A DNA stretch of 64,000 nucleotides, from positions 36,201 through 100,200 of IMG/VR virus record IMGVR_UViG_3300029953_000012. The stretch is one strand, 5' to 3'. This DNA is from a virus. Made by a program: the position numbers and the translations under genes. Below are positions 20,901 to 29,172 of this stretch, one piece after another (positions within the stretch are counted from its first letter, which is position 1; the number at the start of each line of letters is the position of its first letter). The notes beneath the pieces are model-generated. The model was not told the origin of the DNA. It saw only the letters and a list, made by a program, of their open reading frames with translations, and did no database searches.

Positions 20901-21585
20901 TAAACTGAACTCCAGCTTCTGTTGCAGTAGAACCGACACGACCAATGGCTTTTGCCAAGTCTTGTGCGCTAACAGCAAATTTAGTATCAACGGCGGTTAA
21001 TCTGCTAACAATATCATTAGCAGAAAGTCCTTCTTTACTAAAGGCGTTAATAGCCGCCGTAATTGCATTAACGGAATCAGCAGCGTCTAATCCTGAAATT
21101 CTCATTAACTGCATGGCTGCGGTCATACGATTAGCTGTCTCGGTAGCACTAACACCGTGACGAGCAAATTCCAACGCCACCTTACTAGCTGTTTGGAATG
21201 TCTGTCCAGTTTGTGCGGCGGCTTTAAACATATTAGCCGAAAACTGGTTAAGCCCGCTAGAACCAAGTTTTAAGATTGTATTTATATTTGCTAGACTCTG
21301 TTCAACCTCAATGGTAGAAGATACCATTTTTTTGAAGGCGTTATATACCAAATAAATACTTCCTGCTGATGCTCCGAAGGCTAACACACGAGCATTAGCG
21401 GCTGACATGGACTTTTGGAAATCTGAAGATTGGCCAGTTATCTTGCCCAATGGTTGCGAAGCCGCGTTCATCCCAGCACTAATATTCTGGGATAAACTTG
21501 CTCCTATCTTTTTTGCACTTGCATTAGCTGTAGCTTCATCAAAATGAGGCACAACCAACACGCCCAATTGCATTAAATCTGCCAT
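14947..21585 (-). CDS. Tail tape measure protein (TP901-type core)
   Basis: 2212 aa, Ala/Gly-rich and helical. 'VDTKFAVSAQDLAKAIGRVGSTA...GNAFKSIFTRL' is the TP901-family TMP core. Confidence 0.93.
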   Translation of the reverse strand: MADLMQLGVLVVPHFDEATANASAKKIGASLSQNISAGMNAASQPLGKITGQSSDFQKSMSAANARVLAFGASAGSIYLVYNAFKKMVSSTIEVEQSLANINTILKLGSSGLNQFSANMFKAAAQTGQTFQTASKVALEFARHGVSATETANRMTAAMQLMRISGLDAADSVNAITAAINAFSKEGLSANDIVSRLTAVDTKFAVSAQDLAKAIGRVGSTATEAGVQFNQLLGLVTAVQTATARGGAVIGNAFKSIFTRLGRPEVINDLEAVGVQTKNAAGQVLPLISILKNLASQYNNLNYAQKSFVTEAVGGVYQVNILKASLNDLGHGFSIYDKAVIAAGQSTGLIEQRMVSLNDTIASKLNTTVLTFTKLVSSLGNVSMGSGAKSQLDSFNSQIQKIADSLDSITEKSDTGDKISKSIGQGFAKGLGDIISGPGIQIAAALIAKITKGFGAFAIASGKTELGYNEPAEKQKMIQQGIGQVLSQNNGLMEKYIALLNEANSIGGAKGVQLKRQALTELSSGVMQRVYEGNVNQAFSANIVSAVGKEIGANISVTPAGGFSVPNAAMPDPSEPYHIWDTQNQNIVKRGVYANKRGLQASAERKNQNYGAYRYTTKLGSDIELSSYLAMSKNPNAQIVVGDKRLAGKEILEWFYEREAVRKALIRENSSSATIGFSPEAVSTNNPLGAMVYDKSYQNSPQDAINQHATIGQTDVKNMGGGFVPNFGITDSLILGSLQGVLGNKMGGILNSLSFGYEKQIELIRKTNEQFAILQKNIQVEGSTKYNGQEYNDVDKLADAIKSKNSSFSKDPTVQAAQNAEYQNYRQRVSGISGKISSGSIYGMIAAPMAIEQAASFSKNFGAVDASKGLEEFSNGIVTASQLLLTFPNKLGVITAAGVAANSLSNALSITASKFGTFERAYDLASTRAENLSSAGNDVLDSFDKLKAAANDTAVTLDEYQSLQSKYSKSLIALAGINPDASGKGGGAEIVQKLEGAGTSEEKRNILSQAINTQSADKSETEIRMNLAQMVANNSIAGHSFAESRAGGIFATDTGLFGGTNPTDILEKQNTLSQAAVAIGQRVMDSDLMPQGFSDRMKKGALNDNDISSYMSEAVKNPIYTDLGTQSAAQLFKQLSYEINKFKIPKGVGVDEWDRHIKALNEINIQEMAIRQKYNQELQNVISKGALISNFNLASGVAGAESTYRTASLATYKGGKQNELSSLTTSDSSTIQQRYALKIQDLNDQFQRDSSLNNIAGKKSISESLQKVTQEFIRPTLTNSTDASGLATLLPDKQRQNEYLASRLSEFSKNPQNILSGVTDKDSFIKNFLGAGATVGETGNEMFKPVQFSGLQSSLSSALSSKTEDIGNILLESKTIAEKNAEEQTKALYDLLAEIKTARFSELADGIKGIDELARGGARSARIELRRDEYTMTHSRSTIRRGEAARDLLNFIPSDERDYNNPQIRGLYDTAQAGSRAAYNYIYAGSGLQQFANSDERSFDRTFGKYKGVNTPSLDINSPIPGGQSGLDISPLDTSVKRASGDLDIFSHSLETLGTNFKTFQDLIQKSEDAKTAESNKYTPNGTDNSTPPPTPPPAKWYQTLGMNAIPSGGAMLSAGALILSIGAMFKGRGGGEATKELVTEFKGLKEAIINPKTAQAGESAIAAGEKAASKVAQEIKGNFGIPTLEKQSNFAINSNSKLAAPTGTAFSPIEDAKAELKTLASNKAIYEKRMQDAYDKILKVRQERMPEYIKQTYLGGQEKGLLPEHYDILAGQVNTSSLKGGKTALREYTRARNLLLGNSAREGVLNDRISTINSQESQKIGKSLKVEPLRYGSGTAYDTEIARRVSLRDSLAKNVSSTSSGVKEAFSLKFGSLADSLNPLSGWKNAGKLGKFARVGGTALGAVGVGFAAKESYDDFKQGHYSEGIGNMGLGLLGVSKSPLSYVAMAGRYLVDKNSERMQYGSQIETEEVRGKRLDDRMNFIKKYGDKYRTSTDEVFNQNYEHATGMHSKSARIEKALTDKDANNYFNQTKSNIFQNRILPEHTINRNGYLYGYKGGLGNQSYSALGKDSPELEAKYQKDREAQRQMIERNLTKSSAGLAYLKYNDDLASKSASSLTQKQFGNQTPQSILDKQNLTATKDNRQDELQKNQEGFKNLQTGAVDLMTAAKLMTAAAEILSKGLAPINITVTPNAAGILDLIKSVTSNQPLPAKVQ

Positions 21586-21614
21586 AAACTCTTATTCCTG
21601 TGTGTTGTTACCAC

Positions 21615-21623
21615 TAATTACAC
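21615..21623 (-). promoter_or_regulatory. Late-promoter motif GTGTAATTA
   Basis: Exact copy overlapping the stop of the upstream gene, 29 nt before the TMP ATG. Confidence 0.65.
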
Positions 21624-22478
21624 AGTTTCTTGTTGATTTCTCTTACCAATATTTAAAGAATAATGAAGGTCATACCAAGCAGCTACGTCTTTGATTTTTG
21701 CATCAAGGTTCAAATCTGGAGGACTTCCCTTGGTATTTTCACGGACGTTTAGATTACGTGTGCCCAAAGAAAACAGATAACTCTGATGATGGGACATTGA
21801 AGATATGGACTTATTTAAGAACTTACTTATATCGTTTTTTACATAAGTTAATTTATTGAGAAACATTGGTAAAGATGCTATACCTTTAAGATTGTCTTCT
21901 GAAAACTTTTTGTATTGTTCGGATAAAGAAGCGCCTAATTCATTGATATTAGTAGGCTCCCATAGTTGAAAATCTTCATATGTTTTTTCAACATGTTCGG
22001 TTAATTCTGAATCCTTGTAAAAGGACAGGTAAATTACATAATCATTTACGTCATCATCAATTAAGTCTTCGATATTCCTTCCCAGAACCTGCTTTCTCTC
22101 AAATAAGATTTCTGAAAGTTGTTTTTTTCTTTCGTTGATGATTTTTTCAATAATAGGACGCTGTTGGTAAATAAGATTGGGAAGATTTCTCTCGTTATCT
22201 GAAATTTCGTATTTTAATTGAAGGATTTGTTCTTCTTTATCTTTAGACCACTCCTCATTATCAATGGCTGTTTTTAGTAAGTAGGATTCGTGAGGAACAC
22301 CTTCTTTTTCGTAATAATAGAATAGTTCAGTTCTTTTTTTTAAAATTGAATGGCTGTCTTTATCCGAAAAGTGTTTGATGTATAAAGAAGACTTAGGGTC
22401 ATAACTAAAACCATCAAGAATTTCAAAATAAATTAATTTTAAAACGTCAATTTCTGAGATATTGATGACCTGAGACAC
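21618..22478 (-). CDS. Putative tail assembly chaperone
   Basis: Charged helical protein directly upstream of the TMP. Positional call. Confidence 0.45.
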   Translation of the reverse strand: MSQVINISEIDVLKLIYFEILDGFSYDPKSSLYIKHFSDKDSHSILKKRTELFYYYEKEGVPHESYLLKTAIDNEEWSKDKEEQILQLKYEISDNERNLPNLIYQQRPIIEKIINERKKQLSEILFERKQVLGRNIEDLIDDDVNDYVIYLSFYKDSELTEHVEKTYEDFQLWEPTNINELGASLSEQYKKFSEDNLKGIASLPMFLNKLTYVKNDISKFLNKSISSMSHHQSYLFSLGTRNLNVRENTKGSPPDLNLDAKIKDVAAWYDLHYSLNIGKRNQQETV

Positions 22479-22480
22479 AT

Positions 22481-23299
22481 TTAAGCAGCCTTGGCTTCAA
22501 CCACTTCGGTCGTTACTGGCGGAATTTCTTTTTCTTCCTTAATTGCATACTCGGTTACGCTAAGATTATAGTTTTCTTCAGCAGATTTAAAGTCGTCAAG
22601 TTTGACTTCTGTTCCTACGGTTTGCCAAAAAGATACAAAATATGAGAGTTTCTTTATAACTTCATTCATAAATGGGTCACTTTTTTCCTCAATTTCATCA
22701 AGAGTTTTCATTCTAGCATCGAAGTCACCCTCACCGAAAACCGGCTTATATCCCTTATCATCCAAATCGACTAAACTAATATTCAATATCCAAAATTCTA
22801 TCGTTTCAGCCCTACTCTTAGCTTCGGCGGTATTAGAGAAAATTTCCGAATAGTTGTTTTGAATATCGCGGATGGTTTTGTTAATTTCATTTAACTCAAA
22901 AATAATAGCCGCTCGACGTTCAGTTTGAAAGTCGGTAAGTGGAGATTTCATGGCAAAGTACTCTTCCTGAAGTTTTACGTAAGTATCTCGTAATGATTGC
23001 ATTAACCGCTTCTCATCTTCACTCAATGGACCACCATCATTAAGATAACGCTTCGACACTAGAGAATGAGGTAGGAGTCCTTCTTTGAGAAAATAACTTA
23101 GTCTTTTGGCGTAAAATATTTCAGCCTCTTTATACTTTTTGCGGTCGGGTTTAAGAACGGCAATTTTAAAAGGTTTATTTTTTTTGACAGTCTTGATAAC
23201 TTCGATAGTCTCGCCATTTTCAATGCGGGTTTCTGGGACTTTTTCCTCGATTTCCTTTAGTACTGTCGATTCGTAGATGTATTTTTGAACTTTTTCCAT
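22481..23299 (-). CDS. Putative tail assembly chaperone
   Basis: Charged coiled-coil protein between the tail tube and the TMP. Positional call. Confidence 0.45.
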   Translation of the reverse strand: MEKVQKYIYESTVLKEIEEKVPETRIENGETIEVIKTVKKNKPFKIAVLKPDRKKYKEAEIFYAKRLSYFLKEGLLPHSLVSKRYLNDGGPLSEDEKRLMQSLRDTYVKLQEEYFAMKSPLTDFQTERRAAIIFELNEINKTIRDIQNNYSEIFSNTAEAKSRAETIEFWILNISLVDLDDKGYKPVFGEGDFDARMKTLDEIEEKSDPFMNEVIKKLSYFVSFWQTVGTEVKLDDFKSAEENYNLSVTEYAIKEEKEIPPVTTEVVEAKAA

Positions 23300-23309
23300 A
23301 GTAGTAGTA

Positions 23310-23582
23310 TTATAGTATAATTGGGGTTGATGTGATAGTCTTTCGATAGATAATTCTTTTAGACGCTTCCTCTACGCGTTGCGCGTTGATAACGAAATCA
23401 AAATAACTTAAAAATTGAAGTATTTCTCTGAGGGTGTCGTTGGAAGAATCTAGAACTTTCTTGCGAATAGCAGCGTGTTTTTCATCGTCTAATTTTAAGT
23501 CCTCTACTAAACCAAGGTAGTATTTAAATAAAGCCTTAATTTCCTTTTCCATCTGTAATTTAATAATACAATCTTCAACCAT
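23310..23582 (-). CDS. Hypothetical protein
   Basis: 90-aa ORF with an AAGGA SD and an upstream GTGTATAAT motif (23605-23613). Confidence 0.6.
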   Translation of the reverse strand: MVEDCIIKLQMEKEIKALFKYYLGLVEDLKLDDEKHAAIRKKVLDSSNDTLREILQFLSYFDFVINAQRVEEASKRIIYRKTITSTPIIL

Positions 23583-23621
23583 AATTATTCCTTTATCCTA
23601 TATTATTATACACATTAAAAC

Positions 23622-23646
23622 AAAAAAACCCCGCCGAAGCGGGGTT
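23622..23646 (-). terminator. Rho-independent terminator after the major tail gene
   Basis: AACCCCGC-TTCG-GCGGGGTT followed by a T run, with a cUUCGg tetraloop. Confidence 0.9.
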
Positions 23647-23665
23647 GTAAATTTCACTATTACGA

Positions 23666-24577
23666 TTAAGCACCGTATGCAGGACCGAATCCAGTAATAT
23701 TGATACCAGTCTGAACATATCCACTGATAACTATATCAGTAAGGGTGGCAGAAACGTCTTCGGCGGAATAACTAAAGGACGCACTAACCTGACCAGCGGC
23801 GTTGCTGAACGAACGAGAATTAACCTTACCGTGAGGAAGGATGATGTTAATAGTTCCAATAGAAACACCTTGAGCCAAAACAGCATCAAGAATTGTTGGG
23901 TCAACGCCGTAACCTTCTACGGTCATACTTGTCTTGTAAGGAGCTTTAGTAGCGATAATGCTAATCAAATTACCCTGAGTAGCATTAGGGTTGTCACCCA
24001 AAGCGGAAAGATTTTCTGTTGGTAAATCATAGGAAAATTTAACAGATGTCGCAGCGACACCACTCAATAAGCCAGAACTTCCAACAGACATTGTAGTAAT
24101 AGGCGAAATAGCAAGAGGAGCAGCGCCAGCTACCAATCCAGTAGCTCCACTAGGCTGCACGATATAAGGATTACCAACACCAGCGAATCCAAGGTCAAAC
24201 ATACCAAGAGCACCCATTGAAATATCAAGACCCAAATTTGTAAGAACACCAGTCATTGAAAAACCATCAGGAGCCACGGTAATAACAATACCACCCGCAC
24301 CAGTGCCGGTTTGAGTAGCAGAAATTAAAGCGTTAATAACAGCAGCAGAAAGGGTTGTGATACCGGAACCTGAACCCAAATAACCCTTTAAACTAGATTT
24401 ACAAGTGGTTAATGCGGTTTGAGCTAAGTTTAATGAATTAAACGAACCGAATGAAGTAATAGCTTCAACCGGACGATTAACTTCGATGTTTGCGTGGTTG
24501 ATTGGGAGAACAACTGTTGTCCCACCATAAGTAAGACTACCACTTTGAGCGAAATATGCGATTCTATTTATTGCCAT
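23666..24577 (-). CDS. Major tail tube protein
   Basis: 303 aa, beta-rich with small residues, starting MAINRIAY. It has its own promoter variant (CTGTAAATA, 24609-24617) and terminator and lies upstream of the chaperones and TMP. Confidence 0.65.
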   Translation of the reverse strand: MAINRIAYFAQSGSLTYGGTTVVLPINHANIEVNRPVEAITSFGSFNSLNLAQTALTTCKSSLKGYLGSGSGITTLSAAVINALISATQTGTGAGGIVITVAPDGFSMTGVLTNLGLDISMGALGMFDLGFAGVGNPYIVQPSGATGLVAGAAPLAISPITTMSVGSSGLLSGVAATSVKFSYDLPTENLSALGDNPNATQGNLISIIATKAPYKTSMTVEGYGVDPTILDAVLAQGVSIGTINIILPHGKVNSRSFSNAAGQVSASFSYSAEDVSATLTDIVISGYVQTGINITGFGPAYGA

Positions 24578-24653
24578 AATGAAATTTTCCTATTTTAGTA
24601 TCTAGGTTTATTTACAGTAAAATTGTCGTCTTGGGAAATCATTATTTGATTTT

Positions 24654-25490
24654 TTATTGGTGTGTGGCCCATAGGGAGATAGAAAAATCTACGGTACTAA
24701 ATTGGCGAGTTGAATCGGTATATGACTCGCTATTTGGCATGTCAGTAATTGTTACCTTACGAACAAATGGGGAATACGCACCATAATAAGACGAACCAAA
24801 GTAATTATAATTAATTCCTGTATAATTTCCAAGGTAATCAAAACTTGTGCTCGCAATAAGGGGGAATTGTTTTAGTTTGAGGTTTTTTAATATATTACTT
24901 ATACCCACTCGTTGGTAGGCGTTTTGACATACTATGACGCCGCGAATCCTCATAAAATTATCATCTAGCCCAGCAAACGCAAGGTCTTTTGCTTCTTGTG
25001 TTTTTGGAATTAGAAATATAGCTGGCATGACTTTTTCACCTAATGGTACACCCGTCGCTTGTTGTGAATATTTTGGATTTGATGAAAATTTTGTATCCAT
25101 AACTACCTTGTAATCAAGTGAATCTGATAAATACACGTTAAAATCTTTTATAGAAAAATTTCCACTAATAATGGTTCCACTTGGTAAAGGATTACTAAAA
25201 CTTACATTTCCATCGTAATGGTTGATTTTAGAAAGCCCGCTGGTTCCAATACCCACAAATGTATTATTAAGATAAACACCGGACATAATATTAGCCCCCG
25301 AAATCGAAGTATCATTTACAAGTTGTAAATAACTACAAGAATAAGTATAATCTCCTATAAATTCATCATTATCAGGGAAAAAAAGTCCACTCTGGTTTGA
25401 GAAAGAGCTTCCTTGGGTAAGTATCTGATTATCAAGAAATAACATAAAACTTGATACGAGAAGGTTATCTAACATTGGTATCATAATCAA
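24654..25490 (-). CDS. Putative tail terminator/neck protein
   Basis: Position before the tail tube, 'MPAIFL' pattern, and a GTGTAAGTA motif at 25494-25502. Confidence 0.45.
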   Translation of the reverse strand: MIMIPMLDNLLVSSFMLFLDNQILTQGSSFSNQSGLFFPDNDEFIGDYTYSCSYLQLVNDTSISGANIMSGVYLNNTFVGIGTSGLSKINHYDGNVSFSNPLPSGTIISGNFSIKDFNVYLSDSLDYKVVMDTKFSSNPKYSQQATGVPLGEKVMPAIFLIPKTQEAKDLAFAGLDDNFMRIRGVIVCQNAYQRVGISNILKNLKLKQFPLIASTSFDYLGNYTGINYNYFGSSYYGAYSPFVRKVTITDMPNSESYTDSTRQFSTVDFSISLWATHQ

Positions 25491-25502
25491 TTATACTTAC
25501 AC

Positions 25503-26144
25503 TTATGCAAGGAATTTACTGGATGAATTATTAATTCTATTTCTGAAATTTTTTAGAATTTCCGTAATATAAGGTGTCGGAGAAAAATTTTCCTCAGAAT
25601 ACTGGTCTTTAATTTGAAATCCCGACTGAGACCTACTTCCCGACCAAGCCCTAACTATAAAATGGCTTAGAGCCGCTCCACCACCAAAATCACCATTTTC
25701 GACTGCAAAAGCCCACCCTACTCCATTATCACCCCAATTTAATTCAGTGGCTTCCGAAATTTCAGATTTAGTAGGATAATTGGTTATTTTGTAATCAATT
25801 ATATTTCTTTTGGTTGAACTTTTTTCGTAATCAATTTCTCCTAATAATTTTTCCAATTCTTCTGTTGGGTCTTGTCCCTGCCAAAATCCCAAAAATCCAA
25901 ATAAATTACCTTCTCCATTTGTTGTTCCGCTGATATTGGCAGTATCTGGGTCTGACGCCCCGGCTTTAAGTTCTTGTGTCACGGGATGCTCTAAGAAGTT
26001 TTTCATTAGGCTTTGTGACGCTCTACCAAATAAGTTTGCTACGATTAAGTTAGCCTTAACTTGGACTTGTGGCGCAAAAGCGACCCTTTCTTCTAAGGCT
26101 TTTTGAATGGCATTGCGGTCTATGCGGAAGTAGAGAAGGCTCAT
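25503..26144 (-). CDS. Putative neck/tail-completion protein
   Basis: Start revised to MSLLYF at 26144, 1 nt after the upstream TAA. Lies in the head-tail module. Confidence 0.45.
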   Translation of the reverse strand: MSLLYFRIDRNAIQKALEERVAFAPQVQVKANLIVANLFGRASQSLMKNFLEHPVTQELKAGASDPDTANISGTTNGEGNLFGFLGFWQGQDPTEELEKLLGEIDYEKSSTKRNIIDYKITNYPTKSEISEATELNWGDNGVGWAFAVENGDFGGGAALSHFIVRAWSGSRSQSGFQIKDQYSEENFSPTPYITEILKNFRNRINNSSSKFLA

Positions 26145-26145
26145 T

Positions 26146-26601
26146 TTAGATTTTGGGCTTGAGTTGGTACATTGTATAAGTACTTCCAAGAAAAATTCTA
26201 GCCTCGGAAATCCCCTCAAAAACAAAGTCTCTTCCATCAAAACTAAATTTATCAGTTATACCGCTTTCTATAAAAGCCTGAGCATCAGGTCTAACCTTTA
26301 TCCTCACTGCTCCTTCTGGTATAAAAACATTCGTTTCTTTTAATAGGTCGGCTTCACCTATTTTGGTTCTTTCATAATAACGAATAACTGCTGGATATAT
26401 ACCGCTGACAGGCGTATATTGATATTGTTGTTCTTCTGGTGCGTTTCCAAATCCGAACAGTCCAGATGGCTGTTGTGATGCGGGAATGGGTACTTTAATA
26501 GGTGTCTTCCATACCACGACATTTCTTGTAAAAGTTTGAAAGACATTATCGAATAAACCTGTAAGAATACCCTGTTCAGTTGATGTTACGAGACTTGACA
26601 T
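26146..26601 (-). CDS. Putative head-closure protein
   Basis: 151-aa beta-rich ORF in the head-tail module. Confidence 0.45.
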   Translation of the reverse strand: MSSLVTSTEQGILTGLFDNVFQTFTRNVVVWKTPIKVPIPASQQPSGLFGFGNAPEEQQYQYTPVSGIYPAVIRYYERTKIGEADLLKETNVFIPEGAVRIKVRPDAQAFIESGITDKFSFDGRDFVFEGISEARIFLGSTYTMYQLKPKI

Positions 26602-26610
26602 ACGTTTTCC

Positions 26611-27138
26611 TTAAATCGGACCCGGCCTTATATACCCATTCCATTCTACTCCTTCAAAATGTCCCGGAATACAATCATCTGATGCAACCTGTTGAGGCTG
26701 ACCATGATATGAGCGATAAAAATGAATTTGCATTTGTAATTCTTGAAGTGTGTCTTTTTTAAGAGCGGTAAGTGTTTTTAACAATTCCGATTTATTAACT
26801 TTTTCAATACTGAATTCTTGGTCAGTAGCCTTTAAGACCGAGTCAGTTATGACAGAATTCAACATATTCCTGATGTCTAAATTCGCCTGATATACAAGGT
26901 ACATCAACTTAAAAATCGACGCCGCATTACGTCCTATATACTTAGGATTTCCATTGTTATCAAGGCAGTTTCCGTGTCTGATTTCTAGAGTGGTTGGTTC
27001 GACCCAGAAATCTTCGTAGAGTAACAGGTTTAATTTTGAAACATTAGCCCTCAGAAAAAACGCAATCGCCGCAATAGAAGTCGTCGTAGGCATTCCCTGC
27101 TCAATCCAAATTTCATTTGCTAAATCTACAATCTTCAT
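26611..27138 (-). CDS. Putative head-tail adaptor
   Basis: 175-aa helical ORF in the head-tail module. Confidence 0.45.
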   Translation of the reverse strand: MKIVDLANEIWIEQGMPTTTSIAAIAFFLRANVSKLNLLLYEDFWVEPTTLEIRHGNCLDNNGNPKYIGRNAASIFKLMYLVYQANLDIRNMLNSVITDSVLKATDQEFSIEKVNKSELLKTLTALKKDTLQELQMQIHFYRSYHGQPQQVASDDCIPGHFEGVEWNGYIRPGPI

Positions 27139-27160
27139 ATATTTATACTAAATTAATTAT

Positions 27161-27583
27161 TTATTCGCTTATTCCACTACTACCGGATTGCCAACTATTA
27201 GCATATTCCCAAGCGTTACCATATTGCCCACTGGCACCCGACCAAATAGAGTATCCTAATCCCGGAGAAATAAAAACATAACCTTCACTAACGACATAAG
27301 AAAAACCGCTATTATTTACTGAAACGTTATATATTGCTTGAGTAACGGGTAGTTTTGCTGAACCAGAAGAGGTTAGGTTAACATACATCAGACCACTAAC
27401 AAAAGATGGGTCAATTGTAACATTTAATGGCATCAAAGATACATCAGAACCATAACCATAAAATATTTGACCTGTGGTATTATATCCCGATAAATTTATC
27501 ACATTTCCACTTTGGTCTGTGGCGATAACGGTTAGATTTAATGTCGTCCCCTGCTCTATTGAAATATCAAATGGATTTGCCAT
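27161..27583 (-). CDS. Small Ig-like virion protein (BppU-N-like)
   Basis: 'DISIEQGTTLNLTV...D.SGNVINLSGY...GQI' is a widespread phage structural motif. Confidence 0.6.
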   Translation of the reverse strand: MANPFDISIEQGTTLNLTVIATDQSGNVINLSGYNTTGQIFYGYGSDVSLMPLNVTIDPSFVSGLMYVNLTSSGSAKLPVTQAIYNVSVNNSGFSYVVSEGYVFISPGLGYSIWSGASGQYGNAWEYANSWQSGSSGISE

Positions 27584-27584
27584 A

Positions 27585-28757
27585 TTATGTGTTAGACGTT
27601 AAAAGACCATTGGTAAAAGTCATTGTTCCAGTTGCTCCACCCGTTTTAATATATGATATAGTAGTCGATTTACCAGAAACTCCCCCAATAGAATAACTGT
27701 TAGCATTTAATGAGGTAACGTTCCAACTACCCGAAATTATACCATTAAACCAATCAATTAAAACCAAAGAACCAGCTTTTAATTGTCTATTTTGCCAATC
27801 AATTGATTGATTACCAGATGAATCATAAGTTAAACGACTTTTCCAATCCAATGTCGTTTGTGTGCCAGTCTGTAGTCCAAAAGAAGATGATGTAGTAATA
27901 CCGCTGTATGCATTAATTGAAGAATCAATATTTAGTGGAAAATTAAAATATTGAGTTGCATTAAAGACTTTGGAACCACCAATGGATTCAAATCCATTTA
28001 AGTGAACAACAGTCGAGTCTTGAGCAACAATATTTCCATTTATATAAATTCCGCTAGTAAAATTTCCATCGCCGCTCACATCCAATGTATATTGAGGACT
28101 GTCATTAAAAAAACCAATATTATCATTATTACTTCCATCAATAGTTAATATATTAGTTAATGTTTGATAATCATAAAGTTGAAATTGGTTAGAAGAACCC
28201 CTAGCAACGAATGTATAGCCATTATTTCCGTTTGCAGATATGGTATAATTAGTGTCTCCTCCAGCGACGTTGTTGTTATACATAGCCCAACAACTATTAC
28301 CAGCTTGATACATATTCATACTGCCTCCAGTATATGAAGACGCTAAAAATAAAAATCCGCTATTTATATTGAAACGATTAAAATAACCATTTGCATGATT
28401 ATCAGCAATTTGTGTCGAATTAATATAATATCCCGTTGTACTATTAACCGAACCACTTACAGTTAAATTACCAGAAAGTGTTTGATTTCCTGTATTTAAA
28501 AGAAAACCGCTTGTTTCTATTATGGGTATTTGACTTAAAACGTAGGAGGTAGCTTGGTTAATTGCACTATCTAAAGTATTTTGACTAACAAAAACACCTG
28601 ATTCTTGATAATCATTTGGGTTAGTATTAAGCGGGTAAAAAGACCCAGTTAGAACACCCGTATTACCAGATAAATAACTCTGAACCAAAGAAATAATAAA
28701 ACCAGAAAGTTCAGATTGGTTTAGTTGTTTTAGCCTAATTGTCGAATCGAATGCCAT
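27585..28757 (-). CDS. Fibre-like virion protein with an N-terminal anchor shared with 41684-43936
   Basis: N-terminus MAFDSTIRLKQLNQSELSGF. Fibre motifs 'NIGF...PQYTLDVSG' and 'VVHLNGFESIGGSKVF'. C-terminus 'MTFTNGLLT'. Confidence 0.65.
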   Translation of the reverse strand: MAFDSTIRLKQLNQSELSGFIISLVQSYLSGNTGVLTGSFYPLNTNPNDYQESGVFVSQNTLDSAINQATSYVLSQIPIIETSGFLLNTGNQTLSGNLTVSGSVNSTTGYYINSTQIADNHANGYFNRFNINSGFLFLASSYTGGSMNMYQAGNSCWAMYNNNVAGGDTNYTISANGNNGYTFVARGSSNQFQLYDYQTLTNILTIDGSNNDNIGFFNDSPQYTLDVSGDGNFTSGIYINGNIVAQDSTVVHLNGFESIGGSKVFNATQYFNFPLNIDSSINAYSGITTSSSFGLQTGTQTTLDWKSRLTYDSSGNQSIDWQNRQLKAGSLVLIDWFNGIISGSWNVTSLNANSYSIGGVSGKSTTISYIKTGGATGTMTFTNGLLTSNT

Positions 28758-28765
28758 AATAAATG

Positions 28766-28774
28766 TAATTACAC
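28766..28774 (-). promoter_or_regulatory. Late-promoter motif GTGTAATTA
   Basis: Exact copy, 8 nt upstream of the ATG at 28757. Confidence 0.7.
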
Positions 28775-28807
28775 ATATACGGCATCAAAAACAGAATTAT
28801 CTAAAAC

Positions 28808-29164
28808 TTAAATATTTTTACCTTCATTTAAGATTCTTTGAACTGCTTCAGAGACTTTTGTATTAGAAGTTTGGGGTCTAGTAGGTGGTTTTTGCAACAA
28901 AGAAACATAATTGCGGAAAACTTTCATTAGTTCGTTACGAATACGTTCCGAACTTTCGACAATAATACTACCGTGTTGACGTGCGAAATTTTCCAAGTCA
29001 GAACGAGTCATATCTTTAAGTTTAGCTTCGAATTCAGCAATATCAGTAGTGCCGAATGGTGTGTTATCGCTGCTACCCCAAATTTGGTCTAGGGTCGTGA
29101 CTTCAAAGTTATTAACTTTGCCGTGGGTTTGTTTTAATGTTTCGAGTTTTTTTGTTTTTGGCAT
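28808..29164 (-). CDS. Hypothetical protein
   Basis: 118-aa ORF with TATAAT 7 nt upstream of the ATG. Confidence 0.6.
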   Translation of the reverse strand: MPKTKKLETLKQTHGKVNNFEVTTLDQIWGSSDNTPFGTTDIAEFEAKLKDMTRSDLENFARQHGSIIVESSERIRNELMKVFRNYVSLLQKPPTRPQTSNTKVSEAVQRILNEGKNI

Positions 29165-29172
29165 ATAACTTA

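Noticed and set aside
21618-23299. Programmed -1 frameshift between tail chaperones
   Set aside because: The two ORFs are separated by 2 nt, each has its own ATG, and I saw no slippery heptamer at the junction.
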